From the NCBI GenBank assembly GCA_964016885.1, contig OZ024744.1, positions 60,946,001 through 61,010,000 on the forward strand: a DNA stretch of 64,000 bases, read 5' to 3'. Shown here piece after piece: positions 1 through 13,149 of the stretch; position 1 is the first letter of the stretch, and each line of letters starts with the position of its first letter. The notes under the pieces were generated by a model. It did not search any database. It had not been told where the DNA came from and saw only the letters and a program-made list of their open reading frames with translations. The position numbers were made by a program, and so were the translations under genes. This stretch comes from Eledone cirrhosa (Eukaryota).

Positions 1-781
1 ATATACTCTACACCTTTGTAAATATATTTCTGTAAAATGTGATAAAAAAAGTTAGTAGCAGTGGATTTGGCAGAATTATTAGAGCGTTGAACAGAGATTC
101 TTTGCAGCATTTTCTTACAGCTCTTTAACATTTTAACTTTTAGCATGCTAGTAATTTTTATGAGTTGTTTCCCTTGATACTGCATTATCTATTAAGGAGA
201 GATTACTCATATGGTGCCATGTGTTGCCCACAGCATGCTGAAGATTAATTTCAAATCCCACCCAAGTAAACTTTACCTTTCATACTTTCGGGTTTGATAA
301 AAAATATGTCTGTCAAATACTATATTCCATGTAATTGACTTTCCACAAACTGTTGGTCTTGTGCCTAGATTAGAAACCATTATTAAGAAAGTTGTGAGGA
401 AACAAAATCAGAGGATTGCACTAAACTGTAGTTATGTCACCTAGAATTTACTTACATCTGTTTAGAATTTATTTACTTCATTTAAACATAAATAACAAGT
501 GGCTTCATTTTATAACAAATTCCTTTACTATCTTGCATAATTCTTTTTGTTGTCCTCAATCAGTCAGTATTTGTTCTTCAATCGAAATACAAGCCAGCGA
601 GGACAACTATTCATGGGCCGTTATCCACTAAAAGAATGATTGCTTTCTGTCATAGGTTGAAAAGTATCTTTCATTTGATAAATGGTGACAACTTTCTGTC
701 CAACCCATACTAATGTGGAAGATGGACATTAAATGAAGATGATATATATATATCATCACCACACACACACATATATATATA

Positions 782-1830
782 TGGGGTTTGTCCCAAAACT
801 AAGGGTAATGATTTTTCCCATTTTGACATATTTTGATGTTTATAGGTGTATTAGTTATGACCTTGGCTGCACGTACATACTTGTTTCAACATGATCGATT
901 GTGTCAGTCATGAGTTATTGCTGTTTATGTACAGACGTGTTTATAACTTCTGTTATGTTTGTGATGTAGGAAAATATCAAACAATGATACACAATCAAAT
1001 TTTGTGTGCAGCTCGACGAATCTACCATTGAAATATTTAATTCTTGAACACAAACTTATGGAGATGTCACTATCAAGAAATAAGGTTTTTAAGTGACACA
1101 AAGCTTTCAAAGAGGGTAGAGAAAATGTTGAAGATAAACGTCATTCTGGAAGGCCAAACATGTCAATAAATGAACAAAATAAGTAAGTGGTGTGAGCAGT
1201 GATAATAAAAGATCAGCAATTAAGTGTTAGGATGATTGCAGAAGAAATGAGCTTGGGTAAAAATGCAGTTCACAGAATTTTACCAGACCATTTACACACG
1301 CAAAAAATTTGTGTAAAACTAGTATCCAAACACATGTCTATGGAGAAGAAAGTGAGCTGGTTGAAAATTTGTCAGGATTTGCTTGAAATATTCAGAATCA
1401 AGCCAAATTTCTTGTATAAAGTAATAGCAAGAGATGAATCATGGTTATGAACCAGAGATAAATCAGTAAAATAAAGAATGGCATACAAAAAATTCTCCTG
1501 ATCCAAAGAAAGTAAGCATGAGCAGATCCAGGGTGAAAATGGTGATTATCATTTTTTTTAACATTAGTGGTATTATTCACAAAAGATTTTACCTCCAGGA
1601 CAGACAGTAAGCAGACCTTCTTCAAAGATGCCTTGGAACAACTTCAAAAATGAGTTCAGTGACCCTGAAAGACATTGTGGGAGATTGGATACTACAATCA
1701 ATGGAAAAAACATTGAAACATCTGTGACTTCCCAAGGGTCATATCTTGAAGGTGATGACTTATAATTTCATGTATGTCTAATATAAATTTAAATAAAACA
1801 TTAGTACCCTTACTTTTGGGGCAATTTTCA
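782..1830 (+). mobile_element. Mariner (Tc1/mariner) relic with internal deletion
   Basis: Imperfect ~28-bp TIRs (tggggtttgtcccaaaactaagggta / tacccttacttttggggcaattttca) flanked by TA. Broken transposase: FKEGRENVEDKRHSGRP, LSVRMIAEEM, ARDESW and a SQGSYLEG end. The HDNA and YSPDL motifs are missing. Confidence 0.85.
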
Positions 1831-2207
1831 TATAAACTTTGAACTACAGGTATAATTTATTTAATAGGCTTCCAAACAATTTCTATCTACCCAATTCACT
1901 CACAAAGACTTGGGTCAACCTGAGGTGAAGGTAAATGACATGCACCCAAGATGTGATAGACCTTATGATTGCAAAGCAAATTTAAAAACATTTAGCCATA
2001 ATGCATCCACTGACATGGTCACGAATACTCTAATTCAATATATCTATTTCAAGTCAGTGTGATCGACAATGATGGATTCTTTAAATTACAGATACAGTCC
2101 ATCGTGTATTATTGTCTAAGTGGCTGAGTATCCCAGAGACACTTGTTCTCTTAATGTAGTCTTATGTATGTATAAATTTGAGCAACTTCCACCTATCCAT
2201 CCTTCTG

Positions 2208-2428
2208 TCACACACTAGAGATGACTGAGGAAGGGGTGATGATGTCACACACCAGAGATGATTGCAGAAGGAAGGGGTGATGACATCACACACTAGAGAT
2301 GACTGAGGAAGGAAAGGTGATGACGTCACACACTGGAAATGACTGAGGAAGGAAGATGAGTGAGGAAGGAAGGGGTAATGACGTCATGGATGAGAGATAA
2401 CTGAGGAAGGAAGGGGTGATGACGCCAT
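2208..2428. repeat. Degenerate ~39-bp minisatellite
   Basis: About 5 units of cacacactagagatgactgaggaaggaaggggtgatgacgt. Confidence 0.8.
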
Positions 2429-2781
2429 GCACATGCATATACACATATGCGTCAGCATGTTGAAAACAGTTCTAGAATATGAAAAAGAAGATGATGACAA
2501 GTAGAGGAGAAAATCATAAGGCAAATGAAAAACCACAAAAACGGGGAAGTTTTACTTTTGATCTTTATTTCAGGATAAATTAAAGACTTTTCCCATCATT
2601 TACAGATGCAGATATTGGTTACTTGAGAAGAATTTAAAAAAAATTCTTCTCTTCAAAGTATAATAAGCAAATGAGAAACTGAATCTAGCAGCACAGCAGT
2701 GTGTGTAGCTTTTGACACAGATTAATTAAATATATAAAATAATTACAACATAATCACATAATTACCAAGGAATATATATAT

Positions 2782-2818
<37 letters not shown>

Positions 2819-5800
2819 AAAAAAAAAAAAATAATAATTTCATGTATATATATATACACACACATATATATATACAGACACACACACACATATATATATG
2901 TGTGTGTATGTGTGTGTGTGTAATCTTTGTTTTATTATTTACATTCAAAATCTTAGCAGTTAATACATGATTTGATTCCTGTCGCCCGGCAAGCGATAGA
3001 TATAAGGTTTGAGTCCTGTCAAATCGAGGGCTTATAATCTCTTAAATCATTATCCCTCCCTCCCTCCCCATCTTGTCTCGATAACTGGCTGATATAGGGT
3101 TAGTTTGAGCTCCGCCCTAGTGGGCTTGGCACTCTGCACCCTATCAAATTTGTGCTTATTAATAATAATTTAAAAGCATTTAAACATGAATCTTAATTCT
3201 CAAAAGTTTATTTTCCGTTTCAATTTTTTTTTTTTTTTTTTTTTTTTTTACAATTCAGAGTATTCAAATAATGATTTCTGCCTGTCTAACATAGAGGCAC
3301 AAGGCCACATATTTTCGGGGGTCAGTGATAACGATTTGATTAACCTCAGTACATTACTGGTACTTCATTCTCTCCTCCCCATAATCCTACAGAATGAAAG
3401 GTAAGTTTGATCACAGAAGGATTTGAACTTAGAATAATAATAGTTTCTAATTTAGGCACAAGGCCGGATATTTTTGTAGGATGAGAGGTGGGGGATATAC
3501 AGTCGATCAAATTGATTCCAGTACTTGACTGGTACTTTATTTTATCAGTCCTGGAAGGATGAAAGGCAAAGTTGACCTTGGCAGAGTTTGAATCCAGAAC
3601 GTAGGGAACCAGAACAAATAATAATAACATCAACAACAAGAACAACATATACACTCTATTTTATTGACCCTAGAACGATCAATAAAGGTAAATTTGAACT
3701 CAGAATGTAAAAGATATTTCCAAATACCGTCTAACCCATGTTAGTGTGGAAGATAGACGTTAAATGATGATGATCATGATGACTCCAATGCTTTTCTAAA
3801 AAAAAAAAATTTTTTCTGTTTCTTCTCTATCTTTCTATTCTTTTATTTCTCTATCTTCTGATGAAGGACTAGTGTCCAAAACATTAAGACTCTTTTACTA
3901 CTTTATTTTCATTGTACGGTATCATTTGCTGCATTGGTTTGTTTACTTTTTCACACACACACGCATATGTATATATGCACACATACAAAGTGTGGGCCAT
4001 AATTAGCTTACTGATTAGATATATACACACAAGCAGTACTGACCAATCTATGATGACATGTTCAACCCTTACTAATATGGAAAACAGATGTTAAACACTG
4101 ATGATGATAATGATGATCAAGATGGGTTATAATTAACTTTCTGATATACAAAGACACATAATATGGTGTTTGTAAATGGGCACTTGGAAAATTTAATGTA
4201 ACTGTATAATCATCACCATCATTTTATGTGCTTTTCCTTAAACTTATACATCTAATGTTTTGTGTCCTATTATGCTCAAAACACTCACAGGACCATAAGT
4301 ATTAGATGTGTAATGTTTGAAAAAGTTGGTTGGGTGGTTCTCGAGTTTTAGGGAGTCAGACAGACAGACATTCTCTGTTTTAGATATATAGATAATGTCA
4401 AAAATTATCTTTGTAATATTATAAAATATATCACAGAAAGAGAGTATGTAGAAACTTCATACATTTCCGCCAATGTAAACTTAGGGTGCACAAAAGATGA
4501 GTAGCCTAAAAGAGAAAAGAGATTTAGCGCATAACAGATGCACAGAATTAGCAGTGAAATAAACTCTTTCCAAGGCTCCAATATATTTAGTGATATCTGC
4601 TTAAATATCGTTTTTCTTCTGAGTTTAAATACTGTACTTTTTGGTTTTAGTAAATATTACCAAGGCCATGATGGCACCAAATTTCATATATTCAAATGCA
4701 CATACACATGCACATGCATGCACATATACACATGTCACATACAACATTTACAATATACCATATATATTGAAATGAGATTTTGTAGGTCCAGTAGATAAGT
4801 CACATGCCGGAGTTTCACATCAGTTTCATGGAAAAAGGTGTAACGTATGATTATATATAATGTATATAAATATATGCATGTATATATATATATATATATA
4901 TGATGGCAGAGTTTCAGATGATGGCATGTATATATATATATATACATATTAATGGTAGTTGTAGCAACAACAGTAATATTAGCAGTGGCAGCAGGAAGGG
5001 AGATATATAGTTAATTGATGCTAACACAGTGCAGTATATTACTCATTTTTATCTCATCTACGCCCCGCCCCCATCTCCCCACCCTTGTCAATCCCCGGTT
5101 TTCCAGTGCATCATTTGAACTCAGAACATAAGATCACTGACACAGGGTATTTTGTCTGTGTTGCTCTTTTTAGCATAGAAGATGTACAATAGTCCATGGA
5201 TAGTCCAGGGGTTAGAGGGGTGTGGGGCTGACTGGGCTGTACCCAGAGGCCCTGCAATACTCAAAGGAACTCAAATTATTTCTTTTGCTATCATAAATAA
5301 TATACAAAATTCTCGATGAAAATTTCAGCCTGGTATTTCCATGGAGAGAGAGAGAGAGAGTGTGTAAGTTTTCATTTAATATCTTCAGTGACATATAATC
5401 ATAAGCAACATTTAGAATTTCCTGTTAGCTTTTGATCCGAGTTTTTCCAGAACAATCAAATGAAGAGTCTATATTGCGCCAGTGTCAGTAGCAAATTAAG
5501 GAGAGGTGGGAACTGACTGGGACCCACAATATTTAAAGTTCCTCTCCCCACTTCCTTTGAATTATTTTTTTTGCTAGCATAAATAATATACAAAAGCCTG
5601 CATGGTGAAACTTCTCAGACTGAACACCTCCTCCCCCCCGTGCAAGCTTAAACTGCTCCTGGGGAGATGTAATGTTGATTATATCAACAGCAATATATGA
5701 TTGGCACTTTATTTTATTGACTGACCCAAGAAGGATGAAAAGTAAAGCTGCTGATTTCCACAGGATTTGAACTCAGAACTCAAACCATAGAGGGAGAAAA

Positions 5801-6113
5801 GCAAATAAGAGAAATTATTAAGAACAAAACTTCAAAAAGCACAGCAGTAATCAAGGTAACAAAGAAATAATCAAAATAACAAATTGTATATATATATATA
5901 TATATAGACACACAATTAATAATATAAATTTAGAAACATATGTAAATGTATATATAGCATATATACACATAAAAAAAAAAAAAATATATATATACACACA
6001 CATACATGCATATATATAAATATACACACACACATATATAAATATATATCATCGTCATCAACATCATCATTTTACGTCCGCTTTTCCTTGACGTAAAATG
6101 ATGATGATGATGA

Positions 6114-6159
<46 letters not shown>

Positions 6160-6236
6160 AACATATATATATATACATAAACACACACATACAAACATGT
6201 GCTGCATTGTACTGGCACAGACTCAGAAGTCAGAGA

Positions 6237-6499
6237 TCAGATGCAGGTAGTTCCCCAAATCAGGACAGAATGTTCCTGAGATAGTGCTGCTAATTCTTTG
6301 AGGAATTCCTCGAGGATGATGGCACAGTGGACTGCATTCCTCGTTCTCAGGTTCTCCATTGGGTTGACTTCAAAGTGTTCATTTGGGGACTGTTGGTTGA
6401 TATACCGATACCCACGCCCTCCTGGCATACTTTCAAGTGTAGATGGTCTTGAGGATCGATCCTGTAGGGCCACTTTGGCAAACAACTGTCCAGATTTTA
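6237..6499 (-). CDS. FHIP1: FHIP1-like last coding exon (263 nt incl. TGA)
   Basis: KSGQLFAK...RTRNAVHCAIILEEFLKELAALSQEHSV contains the conserved EFLKELAA C-terminal motif. Acceptor cattgcag; phase 1. Confidence 0.92.
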
Positions 6500-6618
6500 C
6501 TGCAATGATAATAAGAAATATATATATAGTAATAATAATAAATGTGAAGACTAAAATCCAAAGAGGGCTCGATAAGGATTCTTTGCTTAAACTTTAATCT
6601 GTTATTTTAATAAATACA

Positions 6619-6692
<74 letters not shown>

Positions 6693-7299
6693 CACACACA
6701 CATATATTTTTTCCCCTGAAAGCAAGGGTTATTTATTTATTTTTTTAATGTAACAAGCAAGCATGGAAAAGCAGACGTAAAATGATGATGATAATGATGA
6801 TGATATATATATATAATATAACCCTTGCTAGAAGGGAAAATCGGTGACAGTTTTTAAGCTGTTCAAATAATTAAATATTTAGTCTATGGTTATATATCTT
6901 CTTTGCTCGTGCTTGATGGGACTGGAGTCATCCTAGATCACTGATCCCAGAGGCATCATTGACTGTAGAGCTGACCAGGTCCATCTGTGGCCTTCATCGC
7001 TGGTGGTCTGCACTTTCTGCATCCTCCAAGGTGATGTCGACCCTATAATCACATCCAGCCATCTGGTGCAGGGCCTCTTCCAGCCTGTAGTTGCTATGTT
7101 GAACAAGAGTAAGGCCCTGACAAACTGATCTTGTAGGAGGCAGAGGACATATTTGTACCAGCACATGCGCTGGATGGCTATAAGGCAGGAGGCTGTAGGC
7201 CTGAATTGTCTCATAATGTGACAACCTGTCTAACCCATGCAAGTATGAAAAAATTGAGATTAAATGGTGATGATAATGATGTTGATGATATATATATGT

Positions 7300-8935
7300 A
7301 TCATCATCATCATCATTTTACGTCCGCTTTTCCCTGCTTGCAAGGGTTGGACGGGTCCTATTCAGCACAGCATCTCTTCACTTGTCACGGTCCTTCGTCA
7401 TCTCCACTGTAAGCTTCAGCGATCTGAGATCTGCTCTCACCACCTCCGCCCATGTTTTTTGTGGTCTACCTCTACTGCGTCTTCCTTCTACTGGGATTTC
7501 CTGGCACTTCTTCACTCATTGGTCATCCTCCATGCGCATCACATGTTCATACCACCTCAGTCTCCTCTCCTGCACACTACAATCTATCCCTCTCAGACAC
7601 AGTTTCTCTCTCAACACATCCATGCTCAGACGTTCATGCACATCCAACGGAGCATGCTTGCCTCATTTCTCTCCAGCCGTTGCATATCCTCTGCAGTTGC
7701 TACCCATGTCTCACTACCATGCAGCATCGCGCTCATCACATAGGCATCATATAACCGGCCTTTCATATCCAGGGAGAAACCCTTCTTCGTCAGCAGAGGA
7801 AGCAGCTCCCTAAACTTCTTCCAACCCGTCCTTATTCTAGATACTATGGCCTCGAAACATCCCCCTCCCATGCTAATCTGATCACCTAGGTACCGGAAGC
7901 TATCAACCACTTCTATAGCACCCTCCTGCATTTGAAAAATGTGTCTATCAATGCTAACACAGTACAGTATATTACTCATTTTTATCTCATCAAAGCCCTG
8001 CCCCCATCTCTCCACCCTTGTCAATCCCCGGTTTTCCAGTGCATCATTTGAACTCAGAACATAAGATCACTGACACAGGGTATTTTGTCTGTGTTGCTCT
8101 TTTTAGCATAGAAGATGTACAATAGTCCAGAGGTTAGAGGGGTGTGAGGCTGACTGGGCTGTACCCAGAGGCCCTGCAATATTCAAAGGAACCCAAATTA
8201 TTTCTTTTGCTATCATAAATAATATACAAAATTCTCGATTCTACTGTCAAATTTCCCTGTACATCTACTGCATACGTATTTCTTCCAACCTGTTAGTTTG
8301 CCTGTTATCCCGCTACATCTCTTGAGTACCCAGGATCTGCATTGTGTGCATTTTATAGAATTTATGCCAGTTCCTTTTCTGCATATCGAACATGGCCATT
8401 TCCCTGACGGAATCAGAGTTTTGTCCTCTTTTCTACTCATCAACACTTTTGTCTTAGCTAGGTTCACTCTCAGTCCTCTTGATTCCAACTGCTGTTTTCA
8501 TAGCCAGAATTTATTCTCTAGCTCCTCTACTGATTCTGCTATAAGAACCAGATCGTCAGCATAGAGAAGTTCCCATGGACAGCCAGTCTTAAACTCCTCT
8601 GTTATGGCTTGGAGGACTATAATGAACAAGAGCGGGCTGAGGACTGACACCTGATGTACTCCTACTTGTATCTGGAATTCCTCACTAAACTCCATTCCTA
8701 CCCTGACTTTACTGACAGCACCTCTGTACAAAGTTTGCACTGTCCTCACAAGTCATTCCTCAACACATAGTTTCCTTAGGGACCACCAGATGACAGATCG
8801 GGATACCCTATCAAAGGCCTTCTCTAGGTCAACAAAAGCTAAGTATAGTGGCTTATTCTTCTCTAAGAACCTCTCTTGCAATTGTCTCACCAAGAAGAGG
8901 ACATCTGTTGTACTTTTCCACGGCACAAAACCAAA
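7300..8935 (-). mobile_element. 5'-truncated RTE-clade LINE (RT to 3' tail), interrupted at 7951-8239
   Basis: FGFVP, AFVDLEKAFDRV, GVHQVSVLSP, YADD, FRYLG, LHGSETW. The 3' end is gcaagcagggaaaagcggacgtaaa(atg)n. Confidence 0.92.
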
Positions 8936-9859
8936 AATATTCTTCACGCACAGGCATTGCACGATTGCATTAATTAATAATTATTAATAGTGTTATTATT
9001 ATTGTTGTGCTCATAATTGTTTTGGCATTAATACACTGGCTGGATGCCCTTCCTAGCACCAGTGCCACTTTACAGCATGGACTGGGTGCTTTTATTCGTG
9101 CTACCAGCACTAGAGAGGATGTTTTACTGGACTCATGGGCCCTCTCTACCCCTCCATTTTACAGCATGGTCATAACAATAATAACAATAATAATAACACT
9201 ATTAATAATTATTAATTAATGCAATCGTGCAATGCCTGTGTGTGAAGAATATTTTTAAAGTGAGGAAAGACTGTGCACTGAGCCAATCCCAATCTCTGAG
9301 CGACAGTAGCTATAACCTGTAAAGAAGAAAAGATCAACATCATTGGTAACTACTGAGCTGCAGGTTTTATGTTGGAGTTAACCCAGTTTCCTAAGATGCC
9401 TTCTCCTAGAAGAATGCCCTGACAAGTGTTAGGGGTCCTTCACTCCCAGTGGTTTAACTACACGATTGGGTATCCAGCCCGATTATTTCTATGTCCCCAC
9501 GCAAAAAAAAAAAAAAAAAAAAAAAATATATATATATAACAGAGCCCTGAAGACTATCAAGAACATCAGATGGTACCACTAAGTTTCCAATAAAGAGTTG
9601 CATGCATGCATACATCATGCGTGCATGGGTTAGACAGGTTGTCACATTATGAGATATATAAGGTCAGTTGACCCATATCATGCTCATGCAGATCTGTATT
9701 TTGGCTTGGTTTTTATGGCTGGAAGCTCTTCTTAATGCTAATCACATTACAGTGTAGATTGGGTGCTTTGTTATTATATCACCAGATCACCATACAGGGT
9801 ACTTTTTTGTGTCTTTAGCAGGAGAAGTATAAAAAGGAGCAAGGAGTGAAGGTTGAGGG

Positions 9860-10470
9860 GAATAGTACTAAGGTATATATATAATTTGATGAGCTGATGT
9901 ATTCGCCAAGGTATTTGAAATCACATACACCAACACGTCAAATGATATAAACAACAGGATAGCACAAGCATGGTTTGCTGTGAAGTTGCTAGATAAGGTA
10001 TGGAAATCTAACACAAAAACAAAAGTTAGATTATTCAAAGCTACATTGGAATCAATCTTAATGTTTTCTTGTGAATTATGGTCAATGACATTACCTATCA
10101 CCAAAGCTTTAGATGATTGCTACAACTGAATGCTAAGAAGGTTAAAAAACATCAAACCTATAAACCATGTTACAAATAAAATTCTCTATGGCAACCTACC
10201 ACCCATTACCCATACCATCTGTATCAGGCATCTTCAACTTGCAGGTCATGTCATGAGAGGGAACAAACCTACTACAAACTTTTACTATGGGAGCCCACTA
10301 ATGTGAAACACAAACACGGAAGACTTCTCAAAACATTATATAGAGTCATTGAGGAAGATCCTGAATTATCTGCAGAAGAATTGTGGCAGTTAATGTTGGA
10401 TCATGTGAGATGGAAAAGTTTTATAATGTCTTCACAAAGAAGTGGATGAATTTAGTAGTAGTTAGTTAGT
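9860..10470 (+). mobile_element. Degraded RTE-like LINE 3' part
   Basis: LFKATLESIL..S.ELWS, KALDDCYN*MLRR and RHLQLAGHV motifs. Confidence 0.6.
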
Positions 10471-10473
10471 TAG

Positions 10474-10477
<4 letters not shown>

Positions 10478-10549
<72 letters not shown>

Positions 10550-10661
10550 TGAGTGTGTGTGTGTGTGTGTGTGTGTGAGTGAGTGTGAGTGAGTGTGTGT
10601 GTGTGTGTGTGTGTGAGTGTGTGTGTGTGTGTGTGTGAGAGTGTGTGTGTGTGTGTGTGTG

Positions 10662-10695
<34 letters not shown>

Positions 10696-10705
10696 AGTGT
10701 GTGTG
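10478..10705. repeat. (TG)n/(GA) compound microsatellite (one of many; also 30411-30587, 58030-58245, 59728-59880)
   Basis: Direct reading. Confidence 0.97.
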
Positions 10706-11521
10706 CTCTAGTTGTTAAGAGTGTTAGACTCACAATCATAAGATCATGTTTGATTCCTGGTTTTTGTGGTACATTGTATTATCAAGCAAAATACTTTGTT
10801 TCCATTTTGTTCCTGACGCCAGGAGTTGTGCCAGCAGATATGGAAAGACCAATGAAAACAGTGTTTCTCAGATCCAATCTAATGACTGGCTCCTTTCTTT
10901 TCTCTTCTCGCCATATACATATATCAGCATCATCATTTAACATCTTCTATCCCTGCTAGGATGGGTTGGATGGGTCTTCACAGACTGCGTCAGTACTGAA
11001 GTGGGGCTACTGATCTCCTAGACAGGCTGGAGTTTGCATCTCACTAACACACGGTTTAACATTTTACCGAGTGCATTTTATCGTGGCACCAGCACACGAG
11101 AGGTTGTCATGCCTTTAGCACAACAGAAGGGTCCACCCAACCCTTTGTTTGGAAATCTTTCTATGGTTGGATGTCCTTCCTAACACCAACCAGTTTACAT
11201 CATCATCACCGTTTAATATCTATTTTTCCATACTTGCATGGGTTAGATGGGTTATCATGATATGAGACAATTCAGGTCAGGTGATCATGTCTTACTTATA
11301 CAAATCGGTATTTTGGCTTGGTGTCTATGGCTGGATGGACTGGGTGCTTTGTTATTTTAGCACTAGATCACCATATGGGGTGGACTTAGTGTTTTTTTTA
11401 ATTTTGTATTTTTATACACACACATATATGTCAATATGTGTGTGTGTATGTATATATATATATATATGTGTACAAAAGATTGGTAAACGAGAGGATTACA
11501 ATGAAATGCTAAATTACTCAC

Positions 11522-11560
11522 CAGATGCTGGTAAGAAGAATGAATGTTTTCTGCCAACAG
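11522..11560 (-). CDS. FHIP1: Candidate 39-nt microexon of FHIP1-like gene (coding exon 10)
   Basis: Acceptor ttatttcttctctgttgcag and donor gtgagt. Symmetric phase 1-1, frame-preserving, no stop; reads (T)VGRKHSFFLPAS. Confidence 0.65.
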
Positions 11561-12935
11561 CTGCAACAGAGAAGAAATAAATGAAGATAGAGACACAGAA
11601 TGAATATTATGATTCTTTTCATGACTGATTTTTTTTTTTTTTTCATCAACTCATAATGGACTCTCCTGTCAAGAACTATGTATGAGATCAAATGATTCGA
11701 TTAACTCACAGGTTCTCAAAGTAGGTGCTACTGTCCCTTGGGGGGCGCTGAGGCCTAAGGGGCAGTATAGATAATACAATAGTATATTAAATATCAAATG
11801 ATACATATATATAGTAAAATAAAAAATAAATAATATTTATTTATACATAGTATATATTATATTATTTATTATATATAAATTAACAATTTTATTTATTTTA
11901 TTATATATTATTTACAATTTGTGTGTAGGCAGGTCTCTCTGGAAATAGGGTTGGGGGTGGGGTGGGGTGCTGAGGGCATTGCATGGCTGTCAACCTCTGG
12001 TTTAACTGAATGACCTACATAATGAATTAGCATGTGAAGTTGCTAAACAGTCCATAGGCAATGTGTACACTCAATGAATTTTTATTTATTTTACATCTAC
12101 TTCTTTCCTAATATCTTTATGTCACATCCATCTCTTCATTTTCAGTTTTTACTTTCACTTTTTTACAGAAAGGAATTAAGAATCTGACATGATTCTAAAA
12201 TTATGTTGTCCAAAGGAAAGCCAAAAGCTTGGCACCAGTGATGTCACAACTTATTTTTATGGCTGAGTAAACTGGAGTAACATGAAATAAAGAGTCTTGC
12301 ACAAGAACACAATGCAAAGCCTGGTCCAAGAATCGAACTCACAACCTCATGATTGTAAGCCCAACGTACTAGCCACTAAGCCATGCGTCTTCATGATTTA
12401 CACCTTAAAAAATGTGTCCCAGTAAAATCTCATAAAAATAAGCAATAAGAGAAAGTGTGTGCATGCTTTCTGTTTATTTAAGACCTGTAACAGAATTTCA
12501 ATAAAAAGACATCGATAATATACCAAATTTGAAGAACAAAACAAAATGTACAGGGTCTGATAGGATCAGTTAAAACCCTTGAAAGTCAAGTTCTGCACAA
12601 CTATACTGAGACCAGTAAAAGAAAGAATATGAGCCAGATAACTGAAGGTGCATGGCCAAGTGATTAAAGTGTTGGTTTCAATTCCAAGACCAGAGGCATT
12701 TTCTGCTCTTGAGCAAGTTGTTTCATTTCATGTTGCTTTTCATTATAGGAGTGGGGCCCCCTATCATTAAAACACCTCAAAACTTTTTGAGATATTTCAC
12801 AAGAGGCCAGTTAAACCTATATAGGTGCAAACTGTAAATTTCATTTCATTTTTTTTTTTTTATAACTGGATCTATGTAAAACTGAAACCAGCAAAAGAAG
12901 GAAAAAGATAATTAACAAATTGTAATGTATCATAC

Positions 12936-13149
12936 TTTTGTGTGAGTTAGAAGCATACTCAACAGAGTTGCTTTTTAGCTGTAGACCAGGGGAGGGAGAT
13001 TTCCGGTTCATTAGAGACTTCCCTTCCAGCTCATTCCGATACATACAGATTCTTAGGTTCAGCGTTTTCCGTGCTTTGACAACTAACTGTGAGAAATCAG
13101 GAATGGCATGTGAATAGTGGTCAACCTTGTGACGAACTGATGACAAGAC
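12936..13149 (-). CDS. FHIP1: FHIP1-like coding exon 9 (214 nt)
   Basis: VLSSVRHKVDHYSHAIPDFSQLVVKARKTL. Acceptor ttttacag. The donor gtatga gives phase 0-1, which matches downstream exons; donor position is less certain. Confidence 0.82.

Noticed and set aside
9255-9316. Good minus-strand acceptor (tttcttctttacag) as a possible extra or alternative last exon
   Set aside because: It reaches a stop after ~20 codons, has no FHIP similarity, and would lose the conserved KELAA end.
11708-12000. Possible hAT-type MITE (caggttctcaaa...)
   Set aside because: The right TIR and 8-bp TSD are too degenerate to confirm.
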